Part shown: positions 10,356 through 19,693 of the stretch, piece after piece | Numbering within the stretch: the first letter of the stretch is position 1 | How the letters are laid out: every line of letters starts with the position of its first letter | Source: Cyanobacteriota bacterium | Lineage (GTDB): Bacteria; Cyanobacteriota; Cyanobacteriia; Cyanobacteriales; Microcoleaceae | DNA: 64,000 bases | Direction of reading: 5' to 3' | Assembly: GCA_043767465.1 (NCBI GenBank) | Contig: JAYUGZ010000156.1 | Location: 2,857-66,856, forward strand | Translations under genes and position numbers: made by a program | The notes under the pieces: model-generated | What the model was told of the DNA's origin: nothing | Databases searched by the model: none | What the model saw: only the letters and a program-made list of their open reading frames with translations

Positions 10356-10724
10356 GTGTTAATCATGGCTAATCGCAAATCCGCTCCAACTCCGATGCAG
10401 AAGCAATTTGCCGAAACTCTTGAAGAACAGCGCTTCGAGATGTTTTTGCACGTTGCCCGCGAGTTAACGGGACGTGCCAAACAACGACAGTTGCAGAAAG
10501 GTAAAGCTCTTGACTGGGAAGCGTTCAATACTTGGTTTAACAAGCAATATGAAGGCTACTCGGCTGACGAGATGCTTGAAGAAATCTTGAGCAATGTTTA
10601 CTGGCTTTCATCTGAGCAAGCAGTGATTGACTTGCACTTCCGTTATATCGAATCGGCAGTCAAAGCTTCTCATAAGAAAAAGGCAACTGACGATAATGAA
10701 GAGATTGATGATTTTGTCAAGTAA
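10356..10724 (+). CDS. Hypothetical protein (~119-122 aa)
   Basis: AAGGAG ribosome-binding site upstream, compact helical ORF, hairpin downstream. Confidence 0.8.
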   Translation: MLIMANRKSAPTPMQKQFAETLEEQRFEMFLHVARELTGRAKQRQLQKGKALDWEAFNTWFNKQYEGYSADEMLEEILSNVYWLSSEQAVIDLHFRYIESAVKASHKKKATDDNEEIDDFVK

Positions 10725-10751
10725 TCAATGACGACCCCCGATAAAGGGGAT

Positions 10752-10780
10752 AAAATCCTGCTCCAAGCAGGATTTTCTTT
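10752..10780 (+). terminator. Intrinsic terminator
   Basis: AAAATCCTGC-TCCAA-GCAGGATTTT-CTTT. Confidence 0.7.
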
Positions 10781-10881
10781 GCCCGCCCACCCACCGCACC
10801 AGTTCCCTTTGCGATATTTGCGATCGCATTCTCAGAAGACTTTAGTAAGGTTTTGATATTAAACGCGAGCGCGTTTTATAG

Positions 10882-11427
10882 ATGTTCCACTTGCAATTTA
10901 TAATCATGTATCAACCTATTCAGCATTCTCTCACCCTCGCAATTGAAACTGTGGTAATTTTTGGTTACGGTGGTTTAATTGTTCACTATATCGCTACGCT
11001 GTTAGCATCGAAGCGGATGAATGATTCTGAACAAATCACAGCAAAAATTGCCCAAAATTTGGTGCCTCTTCTCAATGAAATTGCTTCCTTTCCTGCTGTT
11101 GCTGAATGTGCAGCAACTCAAAAACCAACAGAAGAACAGCGCCTCACCTCTTCGCTACAATTTCAAGCAGAATTTGCTTCTAATATTCAACTCGATACCG
11201 ACACATCAAATCTGCCCTTCATTCAAGTCGATAACCTCAGCCTTCGACAATGCCGCACCGTTATTCTAGCGCTCAATTCTACTCTGCCACGAAGTGAGAA
11301 TATTCGCCTTAAAATCAACAAAAAAGATGTGCCAGTAGATTCGTTAAAATTTCAAATTAAGAAGCACTTTGAGCATCGACCGCAGCAATTTGTCTCCCTA
11401 ATTAAGCAAATTTTGAGAGCTAGTTAG
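10882..11427 (+). CDS. Hypothetical protein with N-terminal hydrophobic segment
   Basis: 181-aa ORF; hydrophobic stretch LAIETVVIFGYGGLIVHYIATLLA. Confidence 0.55.
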   Translation: MFHLQFIIMYQPIQHSLTLAIETVVIFGYGGLIVHYIATLLASKRMNDSEQITAKIAQNLVPLLNEIASFPAVAECAATQKPTEEQRLTSSLQFQAEFASNIQLDTDTSNLPFIQVDNLSLRQCRTVILALNSTLPRSENIRLKINKKDVPVDSLKFQIKKHFEHRPQQFVSLIKQILRAS

Positions 11428-11670
11428 AATGCTCGGAGAATCAACGACTAAATTAGTGTTCTTTTTCAAAAAAACTTCTGGTAACAAGTTGATAGAAAGT
11501 TTTCTTGATCTAACCCTCACTTTTCGTCCCAGAAACCCGGATACTTGTTCGTGCGGCCCTGTTGGTTCCATTTCGGTTAATTCACCATCAATGAGTTCGT
11601 AACAATCGCTGTCGCCGTAGTTGGTAATAAATTCATCAACAGTTATAAGTTTTGGAGGTGATTGAACCAT
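11398..11670 (-). pseudogene. Truncated Uma2 (DUF820) family endonuclease
   Basis: N-terminus LITVDEFI...YELIDGELTEMEPTGPHEQV is typical of Uma2. Similarity ends at about residue 50; the family is normally ~190 aa. Confidence 0.75.
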
Positions 11671-11709
11671 TGTGTTTGTTCCTCATCCGACGGCAATGTA
11701 CATTTTTAT

Positions 11710-11985
11710 TCAAAGCCCCGCCATACCTGAAAGGTTGGCTATGGATTGTTTGCTGCTCTGTTCCTCGGCGTCAGTCAAAGTAATCTTTCGCCTACCAATC
11801 TGTTCGATCAACTCGCTCAAGCTCAATCCCCGCTCTCTGGCAATAGCGCGAAAACCTTCCCACCCCGCAGATGTTACCTGAATGTTCCTTTGCTTTTTTG
11901 GCTCCTCATATCGAGGTTCGCCTCCGCCTAACTTCAAATTAGCCAGAGAGTTGGGGTGGAGCTGCGTTCCTTTTCTTGGGGGCAT
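11710..11985 (-). CDS. Small DNA-binding protein, ribbon-helix-helix/CopG-like
   Basis: HPNSLANLK motif, then KKQRNIQVTSAGWEGFRAIARERGLSLSELIEQIGR (strand-helix-helix pattern). Confidence 0.65.
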   Translation of the reverse strand: MPPRKGTQLHPNSLANLKLGGGEPRYEEPKKQRNIQVTSAGWEGFRAIARERGLSLSELIEQIGRRKITLTDAEEQSSKQSIANLSGMAGL

Positions 11986-12155
11986 TTGGCAACATTATCC
12001 TTTCTTTATTTTCTCTATTATCCCACATTGTTAGTTCTTTTCCATGTTACTATATTATTTATGGAATAAACCTATGCCAGTGAAACTCTTCAAGCTGGTA
12101 CTTGGTTTTATTGCCAGCAATTTAAGGGCTGACTTATTTCAGGAGGCACAAGGAA

Positions 12156-13280
12156 ATGCACCCAACTCAGGAGACATCGGACAACGAGGAGCGTCAACCG
12201 TTCGTAGTTTTGCGAGGCTCAACTGGAAAGCGCCGCCACACTGTTGCGGATTGGCTGCGGATTGACCCAGAATTCAAAGCGCTGATCCCTCCTTTGAGTC
12301 CAAGCGAGTTCGCTAGCTTAGAAGCCAGTATTCTTGAGGAAGGATGTCGAGACCCTTTGGTGGTTTGGACTGAGGAAAAAATTCTAATCGACGGCTACAA
12401 CCGATATGCTATTTGTGTGGCACACGGCATCCCCTACCAAATTGTAGAAATGTCTTTCAACAGCCGGAACGCAGTCAAAGTTTGGATGCTCCTCAATCAA
12501 CTGGGTCGCCGCAACCTCACATCTGAATCGGTTAGCTATTTGCGCGGCACTTGGTACGAGCTGGCAAAGCAGTCCCACGGCGGGGACAGAAAATCAAGTG
12601 GTCATTTTGACCACTTGAAAACAGAGGAAAAGTTGGGGGCGCTTTTCTTGGCATCCCCAAAAACGATTCGCAGGGACGCTCAGTTTGCTAAAGCAGTAGA
12701 CACCCTGAGTTCTATTGGAGGAGAGGACATGAAGTGGAAAATACTGAATCGCTCTGCGGGGATGACCAAGAAGCAGGTCATCGCTTTGGCGATTGATGCT
12801 CGCAGCCGTCCGGCTAAGGTTGCCAAAACTTTACAGGGGCGCGACCAAAAAGTAAAGCCTGAAGGTGAACCTACCATCGCTCATCACCTGACGCTCAAAA
12901 TTGGTTCCTTAGTAGAAGTGTATGCGCCCGATCGCCCTGAGCTTCACCACAGGTTAGGTCGCATTGACTCCGTTGGAGAAAAAACAGCCACAGTCTGGAT
13001 GCGACACATCTCTACCTGTGCCATGCAACTTCACACATTCAAGCACAGAGCGCTAACTGTTGTGCCACTGGAGAGCGAACCACGCTTAAAGCAAGTGTGC
13101 GATCGTATAAACCGGCTCTTTGAATCAGGGAACCTCGACCCATTTGAGGTAGAAATTTTGAATTTGCTCGAACAGCGAGTTGTTCACACACCTTGTGAAA
13201 TGCAATATTTGGAACAGATTGAAGCGCGATACAGAACGAAGGGGAAGGGAGTGGGGGAGGGGGAGAATAAGAGAATTTGA
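12156..13280 (+). CDS. ParB/Srx N-terminal-like domain protein
   Basis: IDPEFKALIPPLS..EFASLEASILEEGCRDPLVVW...LIDGYNRY, NQLGRRNL, HGGDRKS, HTH-like SPKTIRRD. Confidence 0.75.
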   Translation: MHPTQETSDNEERQPFVVLRGSTGKRRHTVADWLRIDPEFKALIPPLSPSEFASLEASILEEGCRDPLVVWTEEKILIDGYNRYAICVAHGIPYQIVEMSFNSRNAVKVWMLLNQLGRRNLTSESVSYLRGTWYELAKQSHGGDRKSSGHFDHLKTEEKLGALFLASPKTIRRDAQFAKAVDTLSSIGGEDMKWKILNRSAGMTKKQVIALAIDARSRPAKVAKTLQGRDQKVKPEGEPTIAHHLTLKIGSLVEVYAPDRPELHHRLGRIDSVGEKTATVWMRHISTCAMQLHTFKHRALTVVPLESEPRLKQVCDRINRLFESGNLDPFEVEILNLLEQRVVHTPCEMQYLEQIEARYRTKGKGVGEGENKRI

Positions 13281-13343
13281 CGCTTACTTCCTTCCTACTT
13301 GCCTCTTTGTACTTTTTTCCTACTCCCTTCCCCTTCCCCTTAC
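13240..13343. repeat. Dispersed G-rich/core/C-rich repeat, copy 1
   Basis: G-rich arm, core GAGAATTTGACGCTTACTTC (13271-13290), C-rich arm; lies between convergent genes. Confidence 0.75.
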
Positions 13344-14402
13344 TTAGGGAGCAAAAACTCGCTCTTTAGGATTTCTCGTCCACAAAGTACAGAAGCCATC
13401 TGTCGCCGCTTTACCTTCTACAGTTAGCGTCACTCCCAATCGATTCACCTCACTTTCACACAACATTTTTCCATTTTTTTCACTCAACAAAGCTTGATTC
13501 CAACTCATAAATTGTTGAGCATATTTTCCCTCACTACTCATAGCCCACTTTATAGCTTCTGCATTTTTCATTGCAAATTGTCCTTCAGCACTCAACCCCC
13601 AATTCATTGCCACAGCTTCTTTGAGAGTTAACTGGCGAGGCCCTTTTGGATCGAGGGGTGTTGCTGGAGTAAACTTGGGAATTGCCAACCCGATAAACAC
13701 GCCGATGGCTATTGCCCCTAATACGGCTGTACTTCCAAAAATTACTGACCAAATATCGTGAGCAACTTTCTCTAAAGCAGCTTGCTGAACTAACGTTTTA
13801 ACTGAACTAGCAATCTTTCGGTGCTGTACGTTGACTGCTGCTTTACCCTGTCGTTCTAAAAACTCCCGGCTATCTTGTTCCCAGTTATCAATTAGCTGCC
13901 GTACTTGCTCTAATTCTTGAGAGATAACAGCTTCAGAGTCTTTCAATTCCGCTTGCCATTTTGACTCCCAATTCCTGAAAAATGAATCAATTTCTTGAGG
14001 CTTTTTTTCGAGGAGCAATTCAAGCTGACCCGTTGCTAGAAGTACAATAAACAAAGGGTCATTTTTATCCAAACCGTAGCGGTAAGCATTGTTAATAACT
14101 TCGGAACGAAATTCAGCACTTTTGCCCTTGAGTGCCTGACTGATAAGAGACTCACGCTCATGCTCAAAAGCAGGCGGTGCAGCTAATTTGAATAAGTTAT
14201 CTCCCGCAGAAGTTTTAGCAGTAGTTAACTCCTGGTCTATTTGCTGCCACAAATATGAGTCACTATTTTCATCTTCCTCACCCTCCAAATTCTCATCATT
14301 TACTAAATGCTCTACAGTCTCCTCAGAAAAATCATGATCAAGCTCAACTTCTGACAAATTTTCAATCTTTCTATCGCTAACTCCGGTTGCATCATCTGAC
14401 AT
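13344..14402 (-). CDS. DUF6753-like cyanobacterial plasmid membrane protein
   Basis: YGLDKNDPLFIVLLATGQLELLL motif, coiled coil, one TM helix, C-terminal Cys pair; downstream of the P-loop gene. Confidence 0.6.
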   Translation of the reverse strand: MSDDATGVSDRKIENLSEVELDHDFSEETVEHLVNDENLEGEEDENSDSYLWQQIDQELTTAKTSAGDNLFKLAAPPAFEHERESLISQALKGKSAEFRSEVINNAYRYGLDKNDPLFIVLLATGQLELLLEKKPQEIDSFFRNWESKWQAELKDSEAVISQELEQVRQLIDNWEQDSREFLERQGKAAVNVQHRKIASSVKTLVQQAALEKVAHDIWSVIFGSTAVLGAIAIGVFIGLAIPKFTPATPLDPKGPRQLTLKEAVAMNWGLSAEGQFAMKNAEAIKWAMSSEGKYAQQFMSWNQALLSEKNGKMLCESEVNRLGVTLTVEGKAATDGFCTLWTRNPKERVFAP

Positions 14403-14508
14403 AAGTTCCTCTCATAATCCCTGAAATTACAGTGACACTCCCACCCCTCTCGACTCCTGAAGGGGCGATGCTTACGGCGCGGTCAAACTCTGTCAATAGT
14501 TTCTCAGT

Positions 14509-15369
14509 TCAAGTGGTAGAATCTGGTACGGCTCCTGCCGACTGATGTTCCTCGGTATCTAACACAGCTTCATCTGATGGCTGTTTCTTAATATCTTGTA
14601 CCACTACTGACCGTGAACGATTCTCACTTTTTAGATTAGGTCGATAGGGAGCTTGATTGAAAATTCTTGTTGCCTCAATTGCATCACAAGTATTTTCTAG
14701 AAAAGTGTACATTCGCTGTTGGTTGAGTAAATGAAAGCTGGGATGTGATAGCGCACCTGTTAGAGACAGGCTTTTATTAGTGTCGAGCAACCTTCGTTCT
14801 AAAGCACTGAGTTTAGGCAAGTCAACAACTAAAATGCTGTGTTCTTCAAGCAGCTTATTTAGGTTTTTATGGCTGCTGAGGTGAGACCAATCTTTGCACA
14901 CCCCAAAATTGCGGACTAAAATGTGTTTCAGTCGGCCTTGAAAGCGGTTAACTGATTCCAAAAACATCTCGATACTATCAGCACGCCCACTGCACAAAAA
15001 CCATTTGCAAACATCTATGCCTGACTTTTCTTTAAAAGAAGCAGTTAACAAACCCGCCGTCTCAATCCAGCCATCTATGATAGAAGAAACACGAGCCGGT
15101 AAATTGACAATGACAGGAGCCTGCAAAGCTGTCTCGAAAATGATGTCTGCCTCAAAGTTTTCTTCATCTTCCGCCAAAGTAATGACTTTAGCAGACTCGG
15201 GATAGCGCTGCTGCACGTTGGGATTGCCAGCATCGCCATCGATTAGGGTATAAAGAAAGTCGTACTTGTTGTTGTACTCTACGAGAAGGCAACTCCACAT
15301 AGACTTACCAACACCACCAATTTCTCCATCAACTAAATGAATCATATTAGTCATAAAAAATCTCCACAA
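14509..15369 (-). CDS. ParA/MobD-like P-loop NTPase
   Basis: IHLVDGEIGGVGKS (deviant Walker A variant), LIDGD..NPNV, VIVNLPA, HILVRN.G. Confidence 0.75.
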   Translation of the reverse strand: MWRFFMTNMIHLVDGEIGGVGKSMWSCLLVEYNNKYDFLYTLIDGDAGNPNVQQRYPESAKVITLAEDEENFEADIIFETALQAPVIVNLPARVSSIIDGWIETAGLLTASFKEKSGIDVCKWFLCSGRADSIEMFLESVNRFQGRLKHILVRNFGVCKDWSHLSSHKNLNKLLEEHSILVVDLPKLSALERRLLDTNKSLSLTGALSHPSFHLLNQQRMYTFLENTCDAIEATRIFNQAPYRPNLKSENRSRSVVVQDIKKQPSDEAVLDTEEHQSAGAVPDSTT

Positions 15370-15428
15370 TGTTGCTCGTAAATAAAAACCTTAGACAAGG
15401 TAAAAACCATCTCAATTCCTTAGATTCC

Positions 15429-15959
15429 CTAGCTAAAGGTGGGCCCTAGCATCGCCGGATCGAATCCTGCTAGATTAACTGTGTCACCCTCGCTGGGGTC
15501 AAATTCTGAGTCTGTCATCTGTTCTAGTTCTAAAGTCGAACTGATAGCTTGTGGTGCAGGGGAAGATTGACGAGATGGTTTAGAGGGAACTGACTCGCTT
15601 GCTGTGGTGAAACCTGCACTTGGTACAAAACTAGGGAGGTAGCCGGGGAGGTGAGCACACCCGCGAGAAACCAGTAAGGCTCCAAGTTGCGAACCGTCGA
15701 GTTCGAGGCGAGTGCGAATGTAATCAACTTGATTGAGCAAAGAATTGATGCAATCCCAGCCTAGTATCCGCACTTCTTCTTCTGAACCTGCACTTTGCGC
15801 CTGATACGCCAAAGCTTTCCAAAATGCCTCAAATGCCTCAAATGCTGCTCGCTTTGAGTCGTAAACGGGATGGTGCAGGAGATAATTGAGTAAAATGCCG
15901 TCGGGGGAGTCAGCGTAGGGTTGACACCGCAGGTAATAGTTCGTTCGCTCTTTAGCCAT
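15429..15959 (-). CDS. Hypothetical protein, possible ParR-like adaptor
   Basis: Overlaps the parM 3' end by 8 bp; folded N-terminus and disordered C-tail. Function inferred from position only. Confidence 0.6.
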   Translation of the reverse strand: MAKERTNYYLRCQPYADSPDGILLNYLLHHPVYDSKRAAFEAFEAFWKALAYQAQSAGSEEEVRILGWDCINSLLNQVDYIRTRLELDGSQLGALLVSRGCAHLPGYLPSFVPSAGFTTASESVPSKPSRQSSPAPQAISSTLELEQMTDSEFDPSEGDTVNLAGFDPAMLGPTFS

Positions 15960-17382
15960 GTCTCTCCTCCTCTACTGCTGTGCTAGACTGTCCCACGATA
16001 GGCGATCGCACTCCTGCTATTTCTCCCCAATTACGCTCCTTGAACTTTGGCGATCGATAAGGGCCTGCCACTGCCGAAACTTCGGCTTCTGTTACGCTGT
16101 TAGCACTTAAAAGCGGTGAACTAGAGCGTTCATATTCGGTTGTAGGAGTATCTCCAAATGCGCGATCGCTAGAACAGTCGTTATCAGCAACCTCTAAGTA
16201 GTCATTGTCTTGCTTGCTTCCAGATTGAACGCTGCTAGCCGCATCCAATGCTAAATCCACTTTCTGGTTCCCAGAGTCCGAAGTTGCAGCGAATTGAGAA
16301 CTGAAATAGCTCCATAGCCCCCATAAGTCTGCTAACCGATATCCCAAGCCTTGCGGGTCTAGATTGGGTGGTACTGTAATCCCAGCGTGCCAAGAGTAGG
16401 CAACGCGGGCATATGCTCTCAATTCCGGCTCCAGATAACCGCAAGTACCGCCACAGAACACTATTTCATCTAGATCCGGTGGCAGCACTTCATCTAGCCA
16501 ACAGGTCAGGATTCGAGCGTAGTCTCTCCTTGCCAGCTTCACTGCTTCAACCAAACGGTCAACTTCAGTGTCCCGCGCTCCTGCGTCATGGTTACGAGCA
16601 ATGCGGTAGAAGGGAGGGCGGTTAAAGCGATCGCCTGCTGTAGCTATGGCTGCTGCCAAACGAGATAAATCGTAGCCAGAGGTACGCTCTTGCACTAACT
16701 CGCAGCACCTCACCATGCCTAAATCGGAGGTTTTGCCTTTGCCTACGGCTCCCCGTGCTGAAACAATGACGGAGGCATTGCGGAAACCTACCATGACGAA
16801 AGCTGTTACTTGGTGCTTGAAAGCTGCTCCCAGTTTGCTGTTGTAAGCAATACAAATACCGCCTCCTTCTTGAAGCGCCTGGGTTTTGTCTAGCGTTACC
16901 TGCATCATCCCGGAAGGGGTTTCAAAGGCGTTAGCAGCTTGTCTGAGCAGTGTAAAAAACTGCTGGGAGTCGTTGAACTCGCCTGGAGGTAAGAAGACGG
17001 AGAGTGCAGCGCTGAATTGATTGCCCAAATCTAGTTTGCAAGAGGCTACCCACAAAGCTGCTAGTGCTTTGTACAAGGCTGTACTGTACTTGAGTCCGGC
17101 TAAGCCGATGTGAGCGTTGAATTGGGAAGCCGCTAGGTAGCCTACAGCGCGGCATTCATCCCCGATGGCAACCCAGGCAATATTTTCGGGGGCTGCCGAT
17201 GTTAAATTAGGTTTCGTGAAGGCATTGGCTGTGTCTTGGCTGATAGTGCCAACTTGGGATTCCATTACTAATGAATGAGCCTGCATCTCTGAACCCTTAC
17301 GGTAAAAGGCGCGAGTTGATAAACCGCCAAAATCTATGCTCAGGATGACATTCGGATTTGATATTTTCTTGACTCTTGGCAT
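15952..17382 (-). CDS. ParM/StbA-family actin-like ATPase
   Basis: LSIDFGGLSTR (phosphate 1), QEGGG, VMVGFRNAS (phosphate 2), IVFCGGT, RLAD. Confidence 0.85.
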   Translation of the reverse strand: MPRVKKISNPNVILSIDFGGLSTRAFYRKGSEMQAHSLVMESQVGTISQDTANAFTKPNLTSAAPENIAWVAIGDECRAVGYLAASQFNAHIGLAGLKYSTALYKALAALWVASCKLDLGNQFSAALSVFLPPGEFNDSQQFFTLLRQAANAFETPSGMMQVTLDKTQALQEGGGICIAYNSKLGAAFKHQVTAFVMVGFRNASVIVSARGAVGKGKTSDLGMVRCCELVQERTSGYDLSRLAAAIATAGDRFNRPPFYRIARNHDAGARDTEVDRLVEAVKLARRDYARILTCWLDEVLPPDLDEIVFCGGTCGYLEPELRAYARVAYSWHAGITVPPNLDPQGLGYRLADLWGLWSYFSSQFAATSDSGNQKVDLALDAASSVQSGSKQDNDYLEVADNDCSSDRAFGDTPTTEYERSSSPLLSANSVTEAEVSAVAGPYRSPKFKERNWGEIAGVRSPIVGQSSTAVEEERHG

Positions 17383-17834
17383 TATATTCTGTGCCTATCG
17401 TGTGCTTTACACGCCATCTTAGGGACTATCCTTTTTATTTGACATCACCACAATCAGTGGTTTTTATTACCCGTTTGGAGCGATCCTTTGGGAGGGTTAG
17501 CTAATTTTTGATTTGAGATTGAGCAGCCCAAAGGTTGAAGTAGAGCAACTCAACCATTGTTAGCCCACTTTTTGACAATTTTTTCAACTTTCAGCCTTGT
17601 CTAATTAAGGAAGGTATTTATTACCTTCAAATAAATTTAATTCAATCCTTAAATAAATCTGAAGTGTACCGAATTAGAAAAGAAAGCAAAATTTAACAAT
17701 TCTTAACTTTAAAAGTATGAGTTTTTCTGAGTTATGTTGCTATCGGTACTTATAGCTGTGAGCTTCCTTGCTATTTCTTGCACACAGTGTTAAGCAACCT
17801 AGAGTATTGTTGATACTGTTTTTGTGCATAAAAC

Positions 17835-17895
17835 CTCACATTTACATGAAAAATAAAGGTACAATCTCACATTTACGGAAAAATAGAGGTACTTG
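17835..17895. repeat. Two imperfect ~31-bp tandem repeats upstream of parM (candidate parC/operator)
   Basis: CTCACATTTACATGAAAAATAAAGGTAC and CTCACATTTACGGAAAAATAGAGGTAC. Confidence 0.65.
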
Positions 17896-18066
17896 AAAAA
17901 AGCAGGAAGGGCAGTAGCAATAGCAATGTTCAGAGATATATTTATACTGCTAGAGAAATTAACAGCCGAGTTTATGAAGTGGATGGTGCGATCGCACTGC
18001 CAAGGAAAGGGTAGAAAAACTTGGGTAAATCGGTGAGGGGCGTGTGAACGAAGTGAGCTACATCTT

Positions 18067-19025
18067 TATAGAACCCATTTGAGATCTTTTAGGCGATCGC
18101 TAGTCGTTTGAGCATCAGCCGAATAAAACAAAGCTGGAGCTTGGCGTTGGAACGAGCCAGTGTACGGTCAAAATTTTTGACCAAGCTTTTACATCTCTCC
18201 ACCCAAGCGTTCGAGCGTTCGATCACCCATCTGGCAGCAACAGGTATAAATCCCGATTGTCCTTTAGCCGTCTTCTCGGCTTTTGATGGCTTGGCAGAGA
18301 GTTCAAATTGAATCTTCGTCATTATCTCGGGGTAAATCTCCTCCAAGGCTTTAGTCAGTTTCTCAGGGTGATATCCGTTATCCAGCAAGATAGTTGTCTT
18401 AGGCAGCTCGACAGGTTTAGATTTGAAATAATCGATGTTTTGTGTGAGCATTTCAATCAAACCTTGGTCGTCAGATACACTAGCTTTCGATCGCGTGAGT
18501 AAAGAAGGGGAAACCCAGTATATCAACTGCTAGATGTCTTTTGATGCCATTTGTGCATTTGTAAAAACAAAATCCTTTCGACTCAACGCTAGCATTGCAA
18601 GTGTTTTTTACCGCTTGTGAGTCAATCATTATCAAGGTCGTCCACTGCGGTTTTTTTTGACTTGTTCGCGCACCTTGCCATGTAAGGCTGTCTCAATCCG
18701 CTCGATTGAGCCATCCTCACACCAGTTTTGGTAATGCCAGAAGACCGTTGAATATGGCGGTAGATATTTGGGTAAGTCCGCCCAATTACAACCATTTTTG
18801 AGCTGATAAAATATGCCATTGAGGAATTGTCGCTTTGTCCACACTGGCGGTCGAGTTTTCTTCTTCTGCGACAGTAACGGCTCGATAATTTCCCACTCTT
18901 TGTCTGTCAAATCGCTTGAATATCCCATGAATATCCCTTGGATACTGGCATTACCTCAACTTTGTCGATTCTACTCGATCGCCCGTTGTCTGTCGAGCGT
19001 CAAAAGATCTCAAATGGGTTCTATA
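18067..19025 (-). mobile_element. IS5-family element (left border of island)
   Basis: Perfect terminal inverted match TATAGAACCCATTTGAGATCTTTT / AAAAGATCTCAAATGGGTTCTATA, including the TA-type target; two-ORF transposase inside. Confidence 0.9.
18089..18928 (-). pseudogene. IS5 transposase with A-run frameshift site plus an extra frameshift near 18490
   Basis: orfA MGYSSDLTDKEWEIIEPLL. The orfB frame AVDILGFPFFTHA breaks at GCG ATC GAA AGC TAG and resumes as KASVSDD...RWVIERSNAW. Confidence 0.8.
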
Positions 19026-19069
19026 GCAGCAATTCCGAAATCTGCCATTCCTACCTGTATTAAGCAACG

Positions 19070-19550
19070 CCATATTTACGACGTTTTGGAGTGGATCATT
19101 GGTATAGATTTGTCAAGCAACGATTGCATTGGACTTTGCCTAACTTGAGAACTCCCGAACAATCCGAGCGGTGGAGTGATTTAATGCCATTGATGAGTTG
19201 GCAACTCTGGCTAGCTAGGGATTTAGTGGTTGAGAATGTATTACCTTGGCAATCTGCTACGATTAATTTAACCGCTGGACGTGTTGCCCAATCAATGTTA
19301 TCGGTTTTAGTTGACATTGGTACTCCCGCAAAAATGCCCAAACAGAGGGGAAAATCCCCCGGCTGGGAAAAAGGAAAGGTACGTACCAAGGCACCGTGCT
19401 ATCCCACTGTGAAAAAACGGGTTTCTCGACACAAAAAGTCTTCAAGATTAGTTATTTAATCTTCTCCCTCTTGAGTTTTTGAGTAACAGCTTGCCGGATA
19501 TTCAAAGGCGGCTACTTTTAGCTGCAATCATTTTTTAGTCTAAACTACAG
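19070..19550 (+). pseudogene. 3' remnant of a DDE transposase (cyanobacterial NF041680-like) with its element end
   Basis: YLRRFGVDHWYRFVKQRLHWTLP...ERWSDLMPLMSWQLWLAR...RGKSPGW; N-terminus missing. Confidence 0.75.
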
Positions 19551-19693
19551 TGAATCAATTCCAACCCTTTTATTCTTCTGCTTGATCTGGCTTATTTCTT
19601 ACTTCTTTAATCCGGAGAGTGAAAGAAGAGGGTTAAGGTGAAACCTAGAGCTGGCAAGGCTTTTCAGCCTCTATTGCCGAATTTCCAAGGATC

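Noticed and set aside
19551-19692. Possible end of another IS abutting the H+-ATPase stop
   Set aside because: It looks like an IS leader, but no partner end or transposase was found, so no family can be supported.
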